Shown: positions 10,195 through 22,793, numbered from the stretch's first letter. The stretch is DNA of 64,000 nucleotides from an uncultured Verrucomicrobiae bacterium (GCA_963815455.1 CAWFGO010000003.1:416001-480000); one strand, 5' to 3'. Translations and numbers: made by a program. Notes: generated by a model from the letters alone, not told the origin.

Positions 10195-10776
10195 ATGAAA
10201 TCCGGCCGCCTAATCCAGCTCATCATTGTCGCCACAGCGGCGGCGCTTGTTTGCAGTTGCGAAGAGATGCCGCCGCAAATGCAAACACCTCTGGCTTCGG
10301 TTTTACCGATGCCGACGCCACCGTCCGGGTGGTGGAACGGTGACGGCATCCCCGGCTCGCCCCGCATCGTGGTTCATATTAGCGAGCAAAAAGCTTATTT
10401 TTTCAAAGGCAAACGGTTGGTGGGCGAATCGACGGTATCGACCGGCAAGCCCGGTTTTTCTACTCCCCCCGGGCATTATTCGGTTGTTTCCAAAAGCAAG
10501 GATCACGTCTCGAGCATCTTTGGCGATTACATCGATGACGCGGGAAATATCATCAGGTTCAACATCGACGCGCGCAAGGATCGCCGGCCGCCGGGCACAC
10601 ACTTCGATGGCGCGCGGATGCCGTATGCGATGTTTTTCCGGGGCGGCTACGCGATGCACCAGGGTTACGTCCCACCGTACGCGGCGTCGCATGGTTGCAT
10701 TCGGTTGCCCAAGGGAATGGCTGAGCCGTTTTTCAATGCCGCTCCAGTGGGCACACCAGTTATCGTAAAAGAGTAA
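10195..10776 (+). CDS. L,D-transpeptidase (YkuD) lipoprotein
   Basis: Lipobox VCSC; VSTGKPGFSTPPG; AMHQG...ASHGCIRL catalytic motif. Confidence 0.9.
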   Translation: MKSGRLIQLIIVATAAALVCSCEEMPPQMQTPLASVLPMPTPPSGWWNGDGIPGSPRIVVHISEQKAYFFKGKRLVGESTVSTGKPGFSTPPGHYSVVSKSKDHVSSIFGDYIDDAGNIIRFNIDARKDRRPPGTHFDGARMPYAMFFRGGYAMHQGYVPPYAASHGCIRLPKGMAEPFFNAAPVGTPVIVKE

Positions 10777-10807
10777 GTCGCGGGCCGACCCGCTGCTTTC
10801 GACGCGC

Positions 10808-11506
10808 TTGAAGGCACTTCTAAAAAAGCTCCCGGGCAGCGGGTTGCTCCAGGGCGGTTGGCCAGATCAGGCCCGCACCATTATTCAGACACCCGTTTTC
10901 CGGCGTCTGCTTGAAAACCAGCCGCGCGGCGTCTGCTTGAACGCCGGATGCGGCGAGGGATCGTTCGTTTCGTTTCTCGATACATTTAGAGGATTGAAGC
11001 GAATCGTCCACATGGACCTGGAAAAGCCGTTGCTTGATCGTTTTAGGTCCGATCAAAGACATGAGGTAGCGGAAGGTTCGCTTGTCGATCTTCCATTCAG
11101 CGACGCCCAATTCGATTTCGTGTTTTGCACCGAAGTGCTGGAACACGTTGCAAATGACGTCCGCGCGTTTCAGGAGATTGGCCGCGTGCTTCGCCCCGGA
11201 GGACTGGTGCTTATTTCCACGCCCACGCCGCCCGCCCCTTTCGATCCGGCGCATGTGCGAGAGGGCTACACTTTGGATGAACTTCAGAAACGACTTGCGC
11301 CCGCGACGATGGAGCTTCTCAAATCCACCTATTGTTTACATGGCGCGATGCGAATGCTGTTGAAAATCTGGCGGTGGCAATACGAACTCGCCGGTCAACA
11401 AAAGAGTTGGATGCCGCGGGCCGCGGTGCTGGCCTTCGCCTACTTCGACTGCTGGCTTCCAATTGGGAAACCGTTCGATATCGTGGTGCTAGCCCGAAAA
11501 ATCTGA
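10808..11506 (+). CDS. Class I SAM-dependent methyltransferase
   Basis: LNAGCGEG, LPFSDAQFDFVFCTEVLEHV, RVLRPGG. Confidence 0.85.
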   Translation: MKALLKKLPGSGLLQGGWPDQARTIIQTPVFRRLLENQPRGVCLNAGCGEGSFVSFLDTFRGLKRIVHMDLEKPLLDRFRSDQRHEVAEGSLVDLPFSDAQFDFVFCTEVLEHVANDVRAFQEIGRVLRPGGLVLISTPTPPAPFDPAHVREGYTLDELQKRLAPATMELLKSTYCLHGAMRMLLKIWRWQYELAGQQKSWMPRAAVLAFAYFDCWLPIGKPFDIVVLARKI

Positions 11507-11514
11507 ACTCACCG

Positions 11515-11826
11515 ATGCGCAAACGATACAAGATCTCTCTTTATGTCGTGGCGTGGATCGGCGCGTTTCTTACAACCAATCCAAATGCCAAGTATTGGGC
11601 GTTTATATGGATGTTCCCGTTAGGCCTGGCCAGCTTTTTCAAGGATAGCCTTGGTAATGTGGACGGCAAGTGGGTGCTAGGGTTTTGCATCGCGATTTAT
11701 GTTGTCCACGGTTTTTTCTACTTCCGTTGCCGGACGATGCGCTCAACACTATTGTGGCTAGGCGCGCTCGTGCTCCTGTTCGCCTTCAATGTCCCAGGAT
11801 GCCGAGCGATGATTAACACGCATTAG
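11515..11826 (+). CDS. Small hypothetical membrane protein
   Basis: About four hydrophobic segments; co-oriented 8 nt after the methyltransferase. Confidence 0.55.
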   Translation: MRKRYKISLYVVAWIGAFLTTNPNAKYWAFIWMFPLGLASFFKDSLGNVDGKWVLGFCIAIYVVHGFFYFRCRTMRSTLLWLGALVLLFAFNVPGCRAMINTH

Positions 11827-11965
11827 GCCGCCGCGCCGCGGCGGAAATCTCAAGCACCATCCAAACGCCAGGGAACCTCAACAAATCTCAGGCCGGCGGC
11901 GAAGATACGCGAAGATTTGAACACTGAGGCTTCCTTGGGATTTGGAACCTGGGGTTTGAGCTTTA

Positions 11966-12304
11966 CTAACCCGGCGGCCAGGCCAGGGCCCGTTTGCCTA
12001 GCAAATGAACATGCAGATGCGGGACGCTTTCGCCCGCGTCGGGACCGCTATTGATCACGACTCGGTACCCGCTCTTTTCCACGTCGAGTTTCCTGGCCAA
12101 GTCGCGGGCGGCCAGCAAAAGCTTTCCCAGAACCTTGCTGTCAGCCTCGGTCGCGTCGGTCAGGCGTGGAATCGTTTTCTTCGGGACGATCAACACATGC
12201 ACCGGCGCCTGGGGATTGACATCGTGAAACGCGATGGCGTCGTCATCTTCCCAGATAATTTTCGCCGGAATCTCTCGGTTAATGATTTTTTCAAAAATGG
12301 TCAT
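11966..12304 (-). CDS. hinT: Histidine triad nucleotide-binding protein
   Basis: TIFEKII, PQAPVHVL, HLHVH triad, WPPG C-terminus. Confidence 0.93.
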   Translation of the reverse strand: MTIFEKIINREIPAKIIWEDDDAIAFHDVNPQAPVHVLIVPKKTIPRLTDATEADSKVLGKLLLAARDLARKLDVEKSGYRVVINSGPDAGESVPHLHVHLLGKRALAWPPG

Positions 12305-12317
12305 GACACTTCAGGAC

Positions 12318-12878
12318 TCAACGCAAGGAACAATCAAGCCGCTCGAATTCGATTGTCGATGTTAGTTTTTCGCGCACGAAACAGACAATTTCTTCCCGCA
12401 ACGAATCGCAGGCCCGGGTCCATGTTTTGACGCCCCGCAGATGCTTCACGCACGGCTGCAGGGAACAAAGTTGCAGATTGTCCACTCCGGTATCGACCAG
12501 GCCGTTAATCCGTTTTTCGAGCAAATCAAAAAATGCCAGCTCGTACCCGGTGCCGGCTTCGTGCGCGATGTCGACGAGCGAAATGGAAATCGGCGGCGGC
12601 GCCGGCTCGAAATGCGGAATGATTTCCTTGTACCCAATCACTTTCAAAACATAACGAACAGTTTGGGAGAGCTGACTGAATGCGACGACATTCTCGTCGG
12701 TCCGGAGCCGGAGATAAAAGGCAATGCTCTCGGTTACGTGATCGCTCAGCCACCAGCTGGGATAGCCGGCCTTGTCCGCCGCGCGAGTGATCGCAGCGTG
12801 GAGCCAATCGCGATTGAACTCGAAGAGCTGCCCCGAGTCGCACCGCAAATACGGAAATTCTTCCTTAAACGCGACCAT
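12318..12878 (-). CDS. Conserved hypothetical protein, possible degenerate ATP-cone N-terminus
   Basis: Overlaps the nrdR 3' end; FEFNRDWLHAAITRAA resembles the first ATP-cone helix. Confidence 0.6.
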   Translation of the reverse strand: MVAFKEEFPYLRCDSGQLFEFNRDWLHAAITRAADKAGYPSWWLSDHVTESIAFYLRLRTDENVVAFSQLSQTVRYVLKVIGYKEIIPHFEPAPPPISISLVDIAHEAGTGYELAFFDLLEKRINGLVDTGVDNLQLCSLQPCVKHLRGVKTWTRACDSLREEIVCFVREKLTSTIEFERLDCSLR

Positions 12879-13443
12879 TTTTCTTTTTCGTTTTTCCGCC
12901 GGTCACTGTCTCGGAAGCGATTGCCGCCGGGCGCGCCTCCTCTGCTACCGTCTCGGGCGGAAACAATTCCTTTTGCAGGGCATTGGTTTTTACTCGCCGG
13001 CCCAGCTTTTGAATCGCATCGACAAATTCATCCACATCTTCGAATTGGCGATGCACGGAAGCATATCGCAGATAGGCCACTTCATCGATGTCCTTCAATT
13101 TCTCCAAAACTTTGGCGCCGATATCGGCCGAATGAACTTCGCGCCCGGTGGTTTCGAGATCATGCACAATTTCATCCACGACTTGTTCCAGGGTCAGCAG
13201 GCTGGTCGAGCGTTTCTCAAAAGCTCGGGCGATGCTGGCAGCGAGTTTGCGTCGGTCGAATGGTTCATGGGTGCGCCGGTCGCGCTTGATTACCCGCAGG
13301 GCGGAACGCTCGATTTCTTCGTAGGTGGTAAAGCGATAATCGCAGCTCAAACATTGGCGACGACGGCGGATACTGGAATTATCCCTCGACTGCCGGGAAT
13401 CGATGACCTTGTCATCACGAGACCCGCACTTGGGGCAACGCAT
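12865..13443 (-). CDS. nrdR: Transcriptional repressor NrdR
   Basis: MRCPKC...KVIDSR...IRRRRQC..C..RFTTYE, ATP cone, VAYLRYASV. Confidence 0.96.
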   Translation of the reverse strand: MRCPKCGSRDDKVIDSRQSRDNSSIRRRRQCLSCDYRFTTYEEIERSALRVIKRDRRTHEPFDRRKLAASIARAFEKRSTSLLTLEQVVDEIVHDLETTGREVHSADIGAKVLEKLKDIDEVAYLRYASVHRQFEDVDEFVDAIQKLGRRVKTNALQKELFPPETVAEEARPAAIASETVTGGKTKKKNGRV

Positions 13444-13480
13444 AGTGTTGGGCGAGTAGGTAGCACACTATTGGTTGTGG
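13433..13480. promoter_or_regulatory. Two NrdR-box-like 16-mers 32 bp apart at the nrdR start
   Basis: GGGCAACGCATAGTGT (13433) and ACACTATTGGTTGTGG (13465) versus consensus acaCwAtATaTwGtgt. Confidence 0.4.
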
Positions 13481-13534
13481 CGTCAACCATTTTTACAACC
13501 AACCCCGGAAGATCTCTTGTTACTGATTAACGCG

Positions 13535-13666
13535 GTCATCCCGAGCGCAGCGAGGGACCTCCCAGTCGAAGCGATAGCGGGCAAGCCATCCTGCAAGCGC
13601 GGCCGCATCGTCACCCGCGAGCGCTCCCCTTCTACTCGCGGGGTCCTTCGCTTCGCTCAGGATGAC
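13535..13666. repeat. GTCATCCCGAGCG-type inverted-repeat element (non-autonomous)
   Basis: GTCATCCCGAGCGCAGCGAGGGACCT...GGTCCTTCGCTTCGCTCAGGATGAC. Confidence 0.85.
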
Positions 13667-13729
13667 AAGCGCGTTACGCCGCTCTTGATTGCCGCGCGCG
13701 CGCGGAACTTTACCACCAAACTGTCGATC

Positions 13730-14554
13730 CTAACGGGTTTGCTCGGCCGGTTCCTCAGGCGGCTCTTCGCCTATTTCTTCTTCGATTTCGCGGCGCCATT
13801 CCCGCGACAGCCACGGCCGCAGGAATCCGTAAAGCAGATAGGCCAGGAAGAGGACCGCGGGCATCCATTGGTAATACATCGCGGTGAGAATGAGGATCAC
13901 GCTGATAAAAAGGAAACGCGGGATCGATTTCGTCGTGCGCCAGTTGATCGCCTTGAAACTCGGATAACGGAAGCGGCTGAACATCATGAAGGAAAGAAAA
14001 AGCATGAGCGGCGGCAGGACGAACTTCCAATTGCCAAGCTGCCGCTCGCTCTCGGCCCACCAAAGCATGAACAGCGTGAGCGACGCGATCAGACCGGCCG
14101 CGGCCGGAATAGGGAATCCCCTAAAATCTTTCTCTCCGCCGGTCTGAGTGGCGGCGATGCAATTGAATCGTGCCAATCTTAAGGCGCCGCAGGCGAGATA
14201 AACGAACGCCACGATCCAACCCGCGCGCGGAAATTCCTGGAGAACGATTCGATAAACCAGCAAGGCGGGTGCGACTCCGAAGGAGACAATATCCGCTAAC
14301 GAATCGAACTCGCGGCCAAAAGGGCTGTCATGGCCGCCGAGCCGCGCCAGCCGGCCATCGAGCAGATCGAAAATGCAGGCGCCGAGAATGAACCAGATCG
14401 CGGTATGAAAGAGATCGGCGGCCGAGTCCGGATCCGATCCTTGAAGCAGCGCGCCCTGAAGAATCTTCAATGTCGCGGCAAACCCGCAAAACAAGTTGCC
14501 CGCCGTCATCAAATTCGGCAGCAAATAAATCTTGGGCGGAGTTTGTTCGTTCAT
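13730..14554 (-). CDS. pssA: CDP-diacylglycerol--serine O-phosphatidyltransferase
   Basis: LLPNLMT, DLLDGRLAR..G..FDSLADIVSFGVAP, LRLARFN; adjacent to psd. Confidence 0.93.
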   Translation of the reverse strand: MNEQTPPKIYLLPNLMTAGNLFCGFAATLKILQGALLQGSDPDSAADLFHTAIWFILGACIFDLLDGRLARLGGHDSPFGREFDSLADIVSFGVAPALLVYRIVLQEFPRAGWIVAFVYLACGALRLARFNCIAATQTGGEKDFRGFPIPAAAGLIASLTLFMLWWAESERQLGNWKFVLPPLMLFLSFMMFSRFRYPSFKAINWRTTKSIPRFLFISVILILTAMYYQWMPAVLFLAYLLYGFLRPWLSREWRREIEEEIGEEPPEEPAEQTR

Positions 14555-15195
14555 TGACCGGGAAGCCGCGCAATGATTGTCGATCCACCAAGGACGTGAT
14601 CGCCTGCTTTCACGAGCGTTTCAGCGTTGAGCGGCAAATATACTTCCGTTCGGGAACCGAAGCGAATCATTCCAAAGCGCTCGCCCTTCTTTAGTTCGTC
14701 GCCCACGTTCGACCAGCCCACGATGCGCCGGGCGATCGCGCCGGTGATTTGGCGCACCACAATCGTGGCCCGCGGATTTTCGAAAGCCCAGGTCATGGCT
14801 TCGTTTTTCTCCGAGCAATCGGGACGGCGCGCGTCGAGACAAAGACCTTGTCGATGTTGCCGGTAAATAACGCGGCCGTCGATCGGCGCCCGGTTAGTGT
14901 GCACATCGAACACCGACAGAAAAATTCCGACGCGCCGCGTTTTGGCCTTCACCACTTCGGTTTCGTCCGTCTCAATAATTTCGGTAATGGTTCCATCGGC
15001 CGCGGCTACCACAGCACTCGGATCGGTCGGCGCGGTCCGATCCGGGTCGCGGAAAAATGCGAGCGTGCCCAGAATCAGCAGAAGAAAAAAGAGCGAGAGC
15101 CAGGCCGAAATGAGCCAACCGGCGATCATCAGGAGCGCAAGAAACCCAAGAATCCAACGAGCTTCGGCAAGTGTTTGAAAGCGCATTTTGGCCAC
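14551..15195 (-). CDS. psd: Phosphatidylserine decarboxylase proenzyme
   Basis: FFRDPDR, IFLSVFDVHTNRAP, QITGAIARRI, GMIRFGSR autocleavage motif. Confidence 0.93.
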   Translation of the reverse strand: MAKMRFQTLAEARWILGFLALLMIAGWLISAWLSLFFLLLILGTLAFFRDPDRTAPTDPSAVVAAADGTITEIIETDETEVVKAKTRRVGIFLSVFDVHTNRAPIDGRVIYRQHRQGLCLDARRPDCSEKNEAMTWAFENPRATIVVRQITGAIARRIVGWSNVGDELKKGERFGMIRFGSRTEVYLPLNAETLVKAGDHVLGGSTIIARLPGQ

Positions 15196-15274
15196 CCATT
15201 CTCGATGTCAAAGTTGGATGGTCAAGTGTCCGAAAATGGCCTCTTCAGATGGCGATCGGGATTCAGGGGATTGG

Positions 15275-17981
<2,707 letters not shown>

Positions 17982-17998
17982 TCTCTTGTCTCACCTCT

Positions 17999-18075
17999 GT
18001 CATCCCGAGCGGAGCGAGGGACCTCTCAAGCTAAGTCGGACATTCGAGAGATGTTTCGCTTCCGCTCAACATGAC
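17999..18075. repeat. GTCATCCCGAGCG-type inverted-repeat element between gyrB and gyrA
   Basis: GTCATCCCGAGCGGAGCGAGGGACCTCTC...GAGAGATGTTTCGCTTCCGCTCAACATGAC. Confidence 0.8.
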
Positions 18076-18099
18076 ACGTTGGGAGAGCGCTAACTAAAC

Positions 18100-20694
18100 A
18101 TGTATAACGAAAACGAAAAGGTAGAGCCGATCAACGTAGCCGAGGAAGTCTCGAGGTCATTCCTCGATTACTCGATGTCGGTCATCATTTCGCGTGCGCT
18201 TCCGGACGCGCGTGACGGTCTCAAACCATCGCAGCGCCGGATTCTTTATGCGATGCATGACCTGTCGCTCTTTCCGGGACGGCAGCATCGGAAGTGCGCC
18301 AAAATTTGCGGTGACACCAGCGGTAACTATCACCCGCACGGCGAGGCGGTGATTTATCCCACGCTGGTGCACATGGCCCAGCCATGGGCCATGCGTGAGC
18401 GGTTGGTCGATGGTCAGGGCAACTTCGGATCGGTCGAAGGCGATCCACCGGCGGCGATGCGATACACCGAGGCCCGCATGACCCATCTCGGCGCCGCGCT
18501 CATGACCGACATGGAGAAGGAGACGGTCGATTTCGTCCCGAACTACGACGAGACCCGCACCGAGCCTACTGTTTTCCCATCTGCATTCCCAAATCTTCTG
18601 GTTAACGGCGGAACCGGTATCGCTGTCGGCATGGCCACGAACATGCCGCCGCACAATCTGGTCGAGATCATTGATGGAATCTGCGCCCAGATCGATGATC
18701 CGGAGATCACGCTGGACAAGCTGATGAAGCACGTGAAGGGACCGGATTTTCCGACCGGTTGCGCGATTTGCGGTGTCGCGGGCGTGAAGCAATATCTCGA
18801 GACCGGCCGCGGCAGCATGAAAGTTCGCGGCAAAGCCGGCGTGGAAGAAATCAAGGGCGGCCGTGAGCAGATCGTCATCACGGAGATCCCCTACAACGTG
18901 AATCGAGCCACGCTGGTGGAACGGATCGCCGATTTGGTTAACGAGAAAATTCTGGGAGACATCAGCGCGATCCGCGATGAATCGGACGAAAACACGCGGG
19001 TGGTGATCGAGCTGAAGCGGGACGGGAACCCGAAGGTCGTCATCAACAATCTTTACAAGCACACCGCGATGGAAAGCTCATTCGCGGTCAACATGCTGGC
19101 GATCGATCATGGCCGGCCTCGGCTGCTTTCTCTGAAGGACGCGAACCAGGCCTACATCGATCATCGCCGCGAAGTGATTCTGCGCCGGACACGTTTCGAA
19201 TTGCGCAAGGCCGAGGAACGCTCCGAAACGCTGGAGGGTTATCTCATCGCACTCTCGAATCTGGATGAATTCATTCGTATCATTCGCGGGTCGGCCAATC
19301 GCGATGAAGCGCGTGTAAAATTGCTCGCCTTCGAGTTTACCCGGAAACAAGTGGAGAAAATCGGCATTCTCATTCGCAATGAAGCCCGCCTGAACGAAGG
19401 CCGCTATGCTTTCAGCGAGCACCAAGCCAATCAAATTCTCGATCTGCGTTTGTATCAATTGACCGGGCTGGAACGCGACAAGATCGAGAAGGAATACAAG
19501 GAACTGATCGAAACGATCAAAGATTTGCGCGATATTTTGGCCAAAGAGGCGCGCGTCTTCACCATCGTCAAGAAAGAGCTACGCGAAATTCGCGATAAAT
19601 ATGGTTCGCCGCGCCTGACTGAATTCATCGCCGACGAGGGCGAGATCAACATGGAAGATCTCATCGCCAACGAGGGCTGCATCATCAGCATCACTCATGG
19701 CGGCTTCATCAAGCGCACAGCGGTAAGCGCATTTCGGGCGCAGCGTCGCGGCGGCAAAGGCGTCATTGGCATGGCCACACGCGAAGGGGCGACCGAAGAA
19801 GAGGAGGGCGATTTCGTCCAGCATCTTTTCACCGCAACCACGCACGATTACCTAATGTTCTTCACCGAATCGGGCCGCGCCTATGTCGAAAAAGTTTACG
19901 AGATTCCCGAGATGGGCCGCGCGGCTAAAGGGCGTTCCATTGCAAATATTCTCGAATTGCGCCCCGACGAGAAGATTGCTGCAACCATCCGTGTGCAGTC
20001 GAAGAAATCGGGCACCGGGCCGGCCGCGGTCGATGAAACGTGGGATGAAAATCTCCACATCGTGTTCGGCACCCAATCAGGAATCATTAAGAAGTCGAAT
20101 CTTTCCGATTATCGCAACGTGCGAAAAGGCGGCATCATCGCCATTCAGATTGAGCAAGGCGATCGCTTGATCGATGCGAAGTTGACCAACGGCAACAACG
20201 AGATCGTGCTGATTACCAAAGAAGGAATGAGTCTGCGCTTTCACGAGGAACAGTTGCGCGACCAGGGACGCAACACCGTGGGCGTTTGGGGAATTCGCCC
20301 CGACAAGAAAGATCTCGTCGTCTCCATCGCCATTGTCGATCCGGACGCGATGCTGCTGGTGGCCGGTGAAAACGGCATTGGCAAACGCACGCCGTTCGAC
20401 GACTACCGCAAGCAAAAACGCGGCGGCAAAGGCATCATCACGATGAAGACCGGCGAAAAAACCGGCGCTGTCGTGGGCGCCCTAACCGTGACCGACAAAG
20501 ACGAGCTGATGTTGATCACTACCAAAGGCCAGATGGTCCGGACACGGGTGAAAGAAATTCGCGTGGTCGGCCGCAATACGATGGGCGTAAAATTAATGGA
20601 CCTTCGAGGCGCTGAGAAATTGCAGGCGATCGCGCCGGTGGTCAGTCAAGCCGAAGAAGAAGCGCAAACCGCCGACGAACCAGCGGAGAAATAA
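18100..20694 (+). CDS. gyrA: DNA gyrase subunit A
   Basis: SRALPDARDGLKP, YHPHG, AAMRYTE active tyrosine, GyrA-box QRRGGKG. Confidence 0.97.
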   Translation: MYNENEKVEPINVAEEVSRSFLDYSMSVIISRALPDARDGLKPSQRRILYAMHDLSLFPGRQHRKCAKICGDTSGNYHPHGEAVIYPTLVHMAQPWAMRERLVDGQGNFGSVEGDPPAAMRYTEARMTHLGAALMTDMEKETVDFVPNYDETRTEPTVFPSAFPNLLVNGGTGIAVGMATNMPPHNLVEIIDGICAQIDDPEITLDKLMKHVKGPDFPTGCAICGVAGVKQYLETGRGSMKVRGKAGVEEIKGGREQIVITEIPYNVNRATLVERIADLVNEKILGDISAIRDESDENTRVVIELKRDGNPKVVINNLYKHTAMESSFAVNMLAIDHGRPRLLSLKDANQAYIDHRREVILRRTRFELRKAEERSETLEGYLIALSNLDEFIRIIRGSANRDEARVKLLAFEFTRKQVEKIGILIRNEARLNEGRYAFSEHQANQILDLRLYQLTGLERDKIEKEYKELIETIKDLRDILAKEARVFTIVKKELREIRDKYGSPRLTEFIADEGEINMEDLIANEGCIISITHGGFIKRTAVSAFRAQRRGGKGVIGMATREGATEEEEGDFVQHLFTATTHDYLMFFTESGRAYVEKVYEIPEMGRAAKGRSIANILELRPDEKIAATIRVQSKKSGTGPAAVDETWDENLHIVFGTQSGIIKKSNLSDYRNVRKGGIIAIQIEQGDRLIDAKLTNGNNEIVLITKEGMSLRFHEEQLRDQGRNTVGVWGIRPDKKDLVVSIAIVDPDAMLLVAGENGIGKRTPFDDYRKQKRGGKGIITMKTGEKTGAVVGALTVTDKDELMLITTKGQMVRTRVKEIRVVGRNTMGVKLMDLRGAEKLQAIAPVVSQAEEEAQTADEPAEK

Positions 20695-20817
20695 TTTCGG
20701 CGGACGTCTGCGCTGCCTGCCACGCCATAGTGGCACGACGGCGGGTCGGTGCCCAGATATTCTGAGCGCCCGTTCGACTTCGCTCAGGACAGACAGCGCG
20801 TCGTCCCTCCAAGAGAA

Positions 20818-20991
20818 TTAGTGGTCGGTGGTTGTCTGGTGGGTCGTTGTCGTGCTGCTTGCCGGCGGTCTGGTTACCGCCGTTTCCTGAGTGGTTGTCG
20901 TCGTCGTTGAAGTTGTTTCAGCTTTGTGGGCGCAGGACGTGAACAACACCACAGCCGAAACAACCGGCAGAAGAATAATCAGTTTTTTCAT
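20818..20991 (-). CDS. Small Thr-rich lipoprotein (57 aa)
   Basis: Manual translation MKKLIILLPVVSAVVLFTSCAHKAETTSTTTTTTQETAVTRPPASSTTTTHQTTTDH*; lipobox; below the ORF-track cutoff. Confidence 0.7.
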   Translation of the reverse strand: MKKLIILLPVVSAVVLFTSCAHKAETTSTTTTTTQETAVTRPPASSTTTTHQTTTDH

Positions 20992-21070
20992 AGTTGTATT
21001 TTGTTTCCAAGATAGGTTCGTTACAAGCCCTTCTTTCAGACGTATTTAAACCCGAAGTTTTTTCGGAGCT

Positions 21071-21140
21071 TGTAGCCACGGCGCTCTGTCGCCGTGATCG
21101 CCGCGTAGGGTAAACGCCTCGGCAGAGCGAGGCGGCTACA
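21071..21140. repeat. GTAG-tagged REP-like inverted doublet
   Basis: TGTAGCCACGGCGCTCTG...CAGAGCGAGGCGGCTACA. Confidence 0.75.
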
Positions 21141-21522
21141 GCGCAACCCTGGCCCGTTGTCGCTTGATCTCGCCACGTTTGCGTTTCGATTCGAGTATCT
21201 TTCTTTTTAGAGCGCGCGGACGCGGCGATTTTCTGCGACGCGCCTTTTCACGCGCCGCAATCTCGGCCGCGCGACGCTTTTGCTGCGCTCCTTCAATGGC
21301 ATCGAGGAATCTCTCCCGGGCCAGCTTCCGGTTCTGCGCTTGCGATCGCGAATCCTGCACCGTCACGCTGATTCCGCTGGGCCCGTGCCGCAGCGTGACC
21401 GCGGTTGAAACCTTATTTACGTTCTGGCCGCCCGGCCCCCCGGATCGCGCAAACGATTCCTGCAAATCGGATTCCCTGATTCCAAGCCGCGCCATTCGCG
21501 CGCCGAATGATGCCTCAGCCAT
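21136..21522 (-). CDS. arfB: ArfB-like peptidyl-tRNA hydrolase / RF-1 domain protein
   Basis: [20 protein letters not shown] motif, RSQAQN, basic C-terminal tail. Confidence 0.8.
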   Translation of the reverse strand: MAEASFGARMARLGIRESDLQESFARSGGPGGQNVNKVSTAVTLRHGPSGISVTVQDSRSQAQNRKLARERFLDAIEGAQQKRRAAEIAAREKARRRKSPRPRALKRKILESKRKRGEIKRQRARVAL

Positions 21523-21536
21523 AACTCCATCACTCC

Positions 21537-22109
21537 CTACTCCACCTTAGCCGACGCGATTTCCTCCCGTCCGTGACGAAGCACGCGCGCCATCCAGATC
21601 AGTTCGTCCAAGAATTTGTCCACACGCCGGACATAGTTTTGATCAACCAGCTTGCCCTGCTCGTCGAAAAGCTTCCGCACACTTCCGAAATTGACGTCCT
21701 CAAAGATCGTAACAAGGCCAAGCTCGCGCATCACCGGCAAAAGATTCTCAATCACACGCGCCCCGCCGAATGGACCTGCCGAAACCCCGCATATCCCAAC
21801 CGCTTTGTGAATATATTCCTTCAAATTCATGTCTAGCGCGTGTTTCAAGAGTCCGGGATAGCCGTGATTATATTCCGGCGCCACAATGACGAGGCCGTCG
21901 CAACGCGCGATTGTCGATGCAAACTTCGCGTCTTTTATTTGTTCGCCCGCATCATCGAATCGCATCGGCAAATTACGCACGTCAATGAGTTCCGTTTCCA
22001 CGCCGGGGCGATTCGTCGTTTGCTCAAGGACAAAGTTCGCCACGTGCTCGCTTTCCCGGCCCTGACGCGCGGTGCCCAGGATTATTGGAATAAAAAACGG
22101 CCGTTCCAT
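21537..22109 (-). CDS. NADPH-dependent FMN reductase
   Basis: [34 protein letters not shown]. Confidence 0.9.
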   Translation of the reverse strand: MERPFFIPIILGTARQGRESEHVANFVLEQTTNRPGVETELIDVRNLPMRFDDAGEQIKDAKFASTIARCDGLVIVAPEYNHGYPGLLKHALDMNLKEYIHKAVGICGVSAGPFGGARVIENLLPVMRELGLVTIFEDVNFGSVRKLFDEQGKLVDQNYVRRVDKFLDELIWMARVLRHGREEIASAKVE

Positions 22110-22130
22110 TTCTTAGACAAGGCTTACACT

Positions 22131-22616
22131 TTAGGGATTCGCCCTTGCGATCTTTTTGTGAATTTCTGGTGTCGCCATTAGCGAAGCCGAGCCATACCAG
22201 GGCGTCATGTCCGCGATCAATATTCCCGCCTTTATCGCCGGATCAGTTTCTACGAGCGTTTGAGCCTCGGCCACCGTTGAGACATTAAAGATAAACAGGC
22301 CGCGAAAGCCTTTGTCATTTTTTCCGAACGGTCCGGCGACGGCGAGTTTTCCTTCGTTTGCGAGCCTTCCAATGTTCGCGAGGTGCGCAGCGAAAATATC
22401 GTCCCGTTCCTTGCCTTTATAGTTCGCGTCACTTGGGCCGGTCTTAAGGATCACAAAAACGTAATTCTTCATGCCGTAGTCGTCAGCACCGAGTTGTTTT
22501 GCCAACACGGCGTCGTATTTGGAAGCTTCTGAGATTGTGCCGGCTTTTTGGTCAGCACCCGCGCCGGTCAAGCATGGAACTACAGCCAACGTCAGCAGTA
22601 ATGATCGCATCTTCAT
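22131..22616 (-). CDS. YciI-family protein with signal peptide
   Basis: Signal peptide, then GADDYGMKNYV, HLANI, LAVAGPF, TDPAIKAG. Confidence 0.8.
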   Translation of the reverse strand: MKMRSLLLTLAVVPCLTGAGADQKAGTISEASKYDAVLAKQLGADDYGMKNYVFVILKTGPSDANYKGKERDDIFAAHLANIGRLANEGKLAVAGPFGKNDKGFRGLFIFNVSTVAEAQTLVETDPAIKAGILIADMTPWYGSASLMATPEIHKKIARANP

Positions 22617-22708
22617 ATTTACGTTTTGGTTTCCTTTCGCCAACAGTGGATAATTAAAATCCGGCGAGTCCTCGCATTCGCCAGCTTCGGCAACCGCCTC
22701 TGCGAGGG

Positions 22709-22793
22709 TGCCGATGATGGGATTCGAACCCATACAGAGTTTTCACTCTAACGGATTTTAAGTCCGTTGCGTCTGCCATTTCGCCACATCGGC
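22709..22793 (-). tRNA. tRNA-Leu (anticodon TAA)
   Basis: GCCGATG/CATCGGC acceptor, ACGGA-CTTAAAA-TCCGT anticodon arm, long variable arm, GGTTCGAATCC T-arm. Confidence 0.95.

Noticed and set aside
13475..14182. ORFs containing VIPSAARDL, RFAQDD, VIPSEVEGS or RDPSTS-like peptides (also 30428-31486 and 44539-44835)
   Set aside because: Spurious translations of the GTCATCCCG repeat plus antisense of real genes
22617..22733. N-terminal extension of the YciI ORF (MGSNPIIGT...)
   Set aside because: It translates the tRNA-Leu T-arm; the signal peptide starts at 22616
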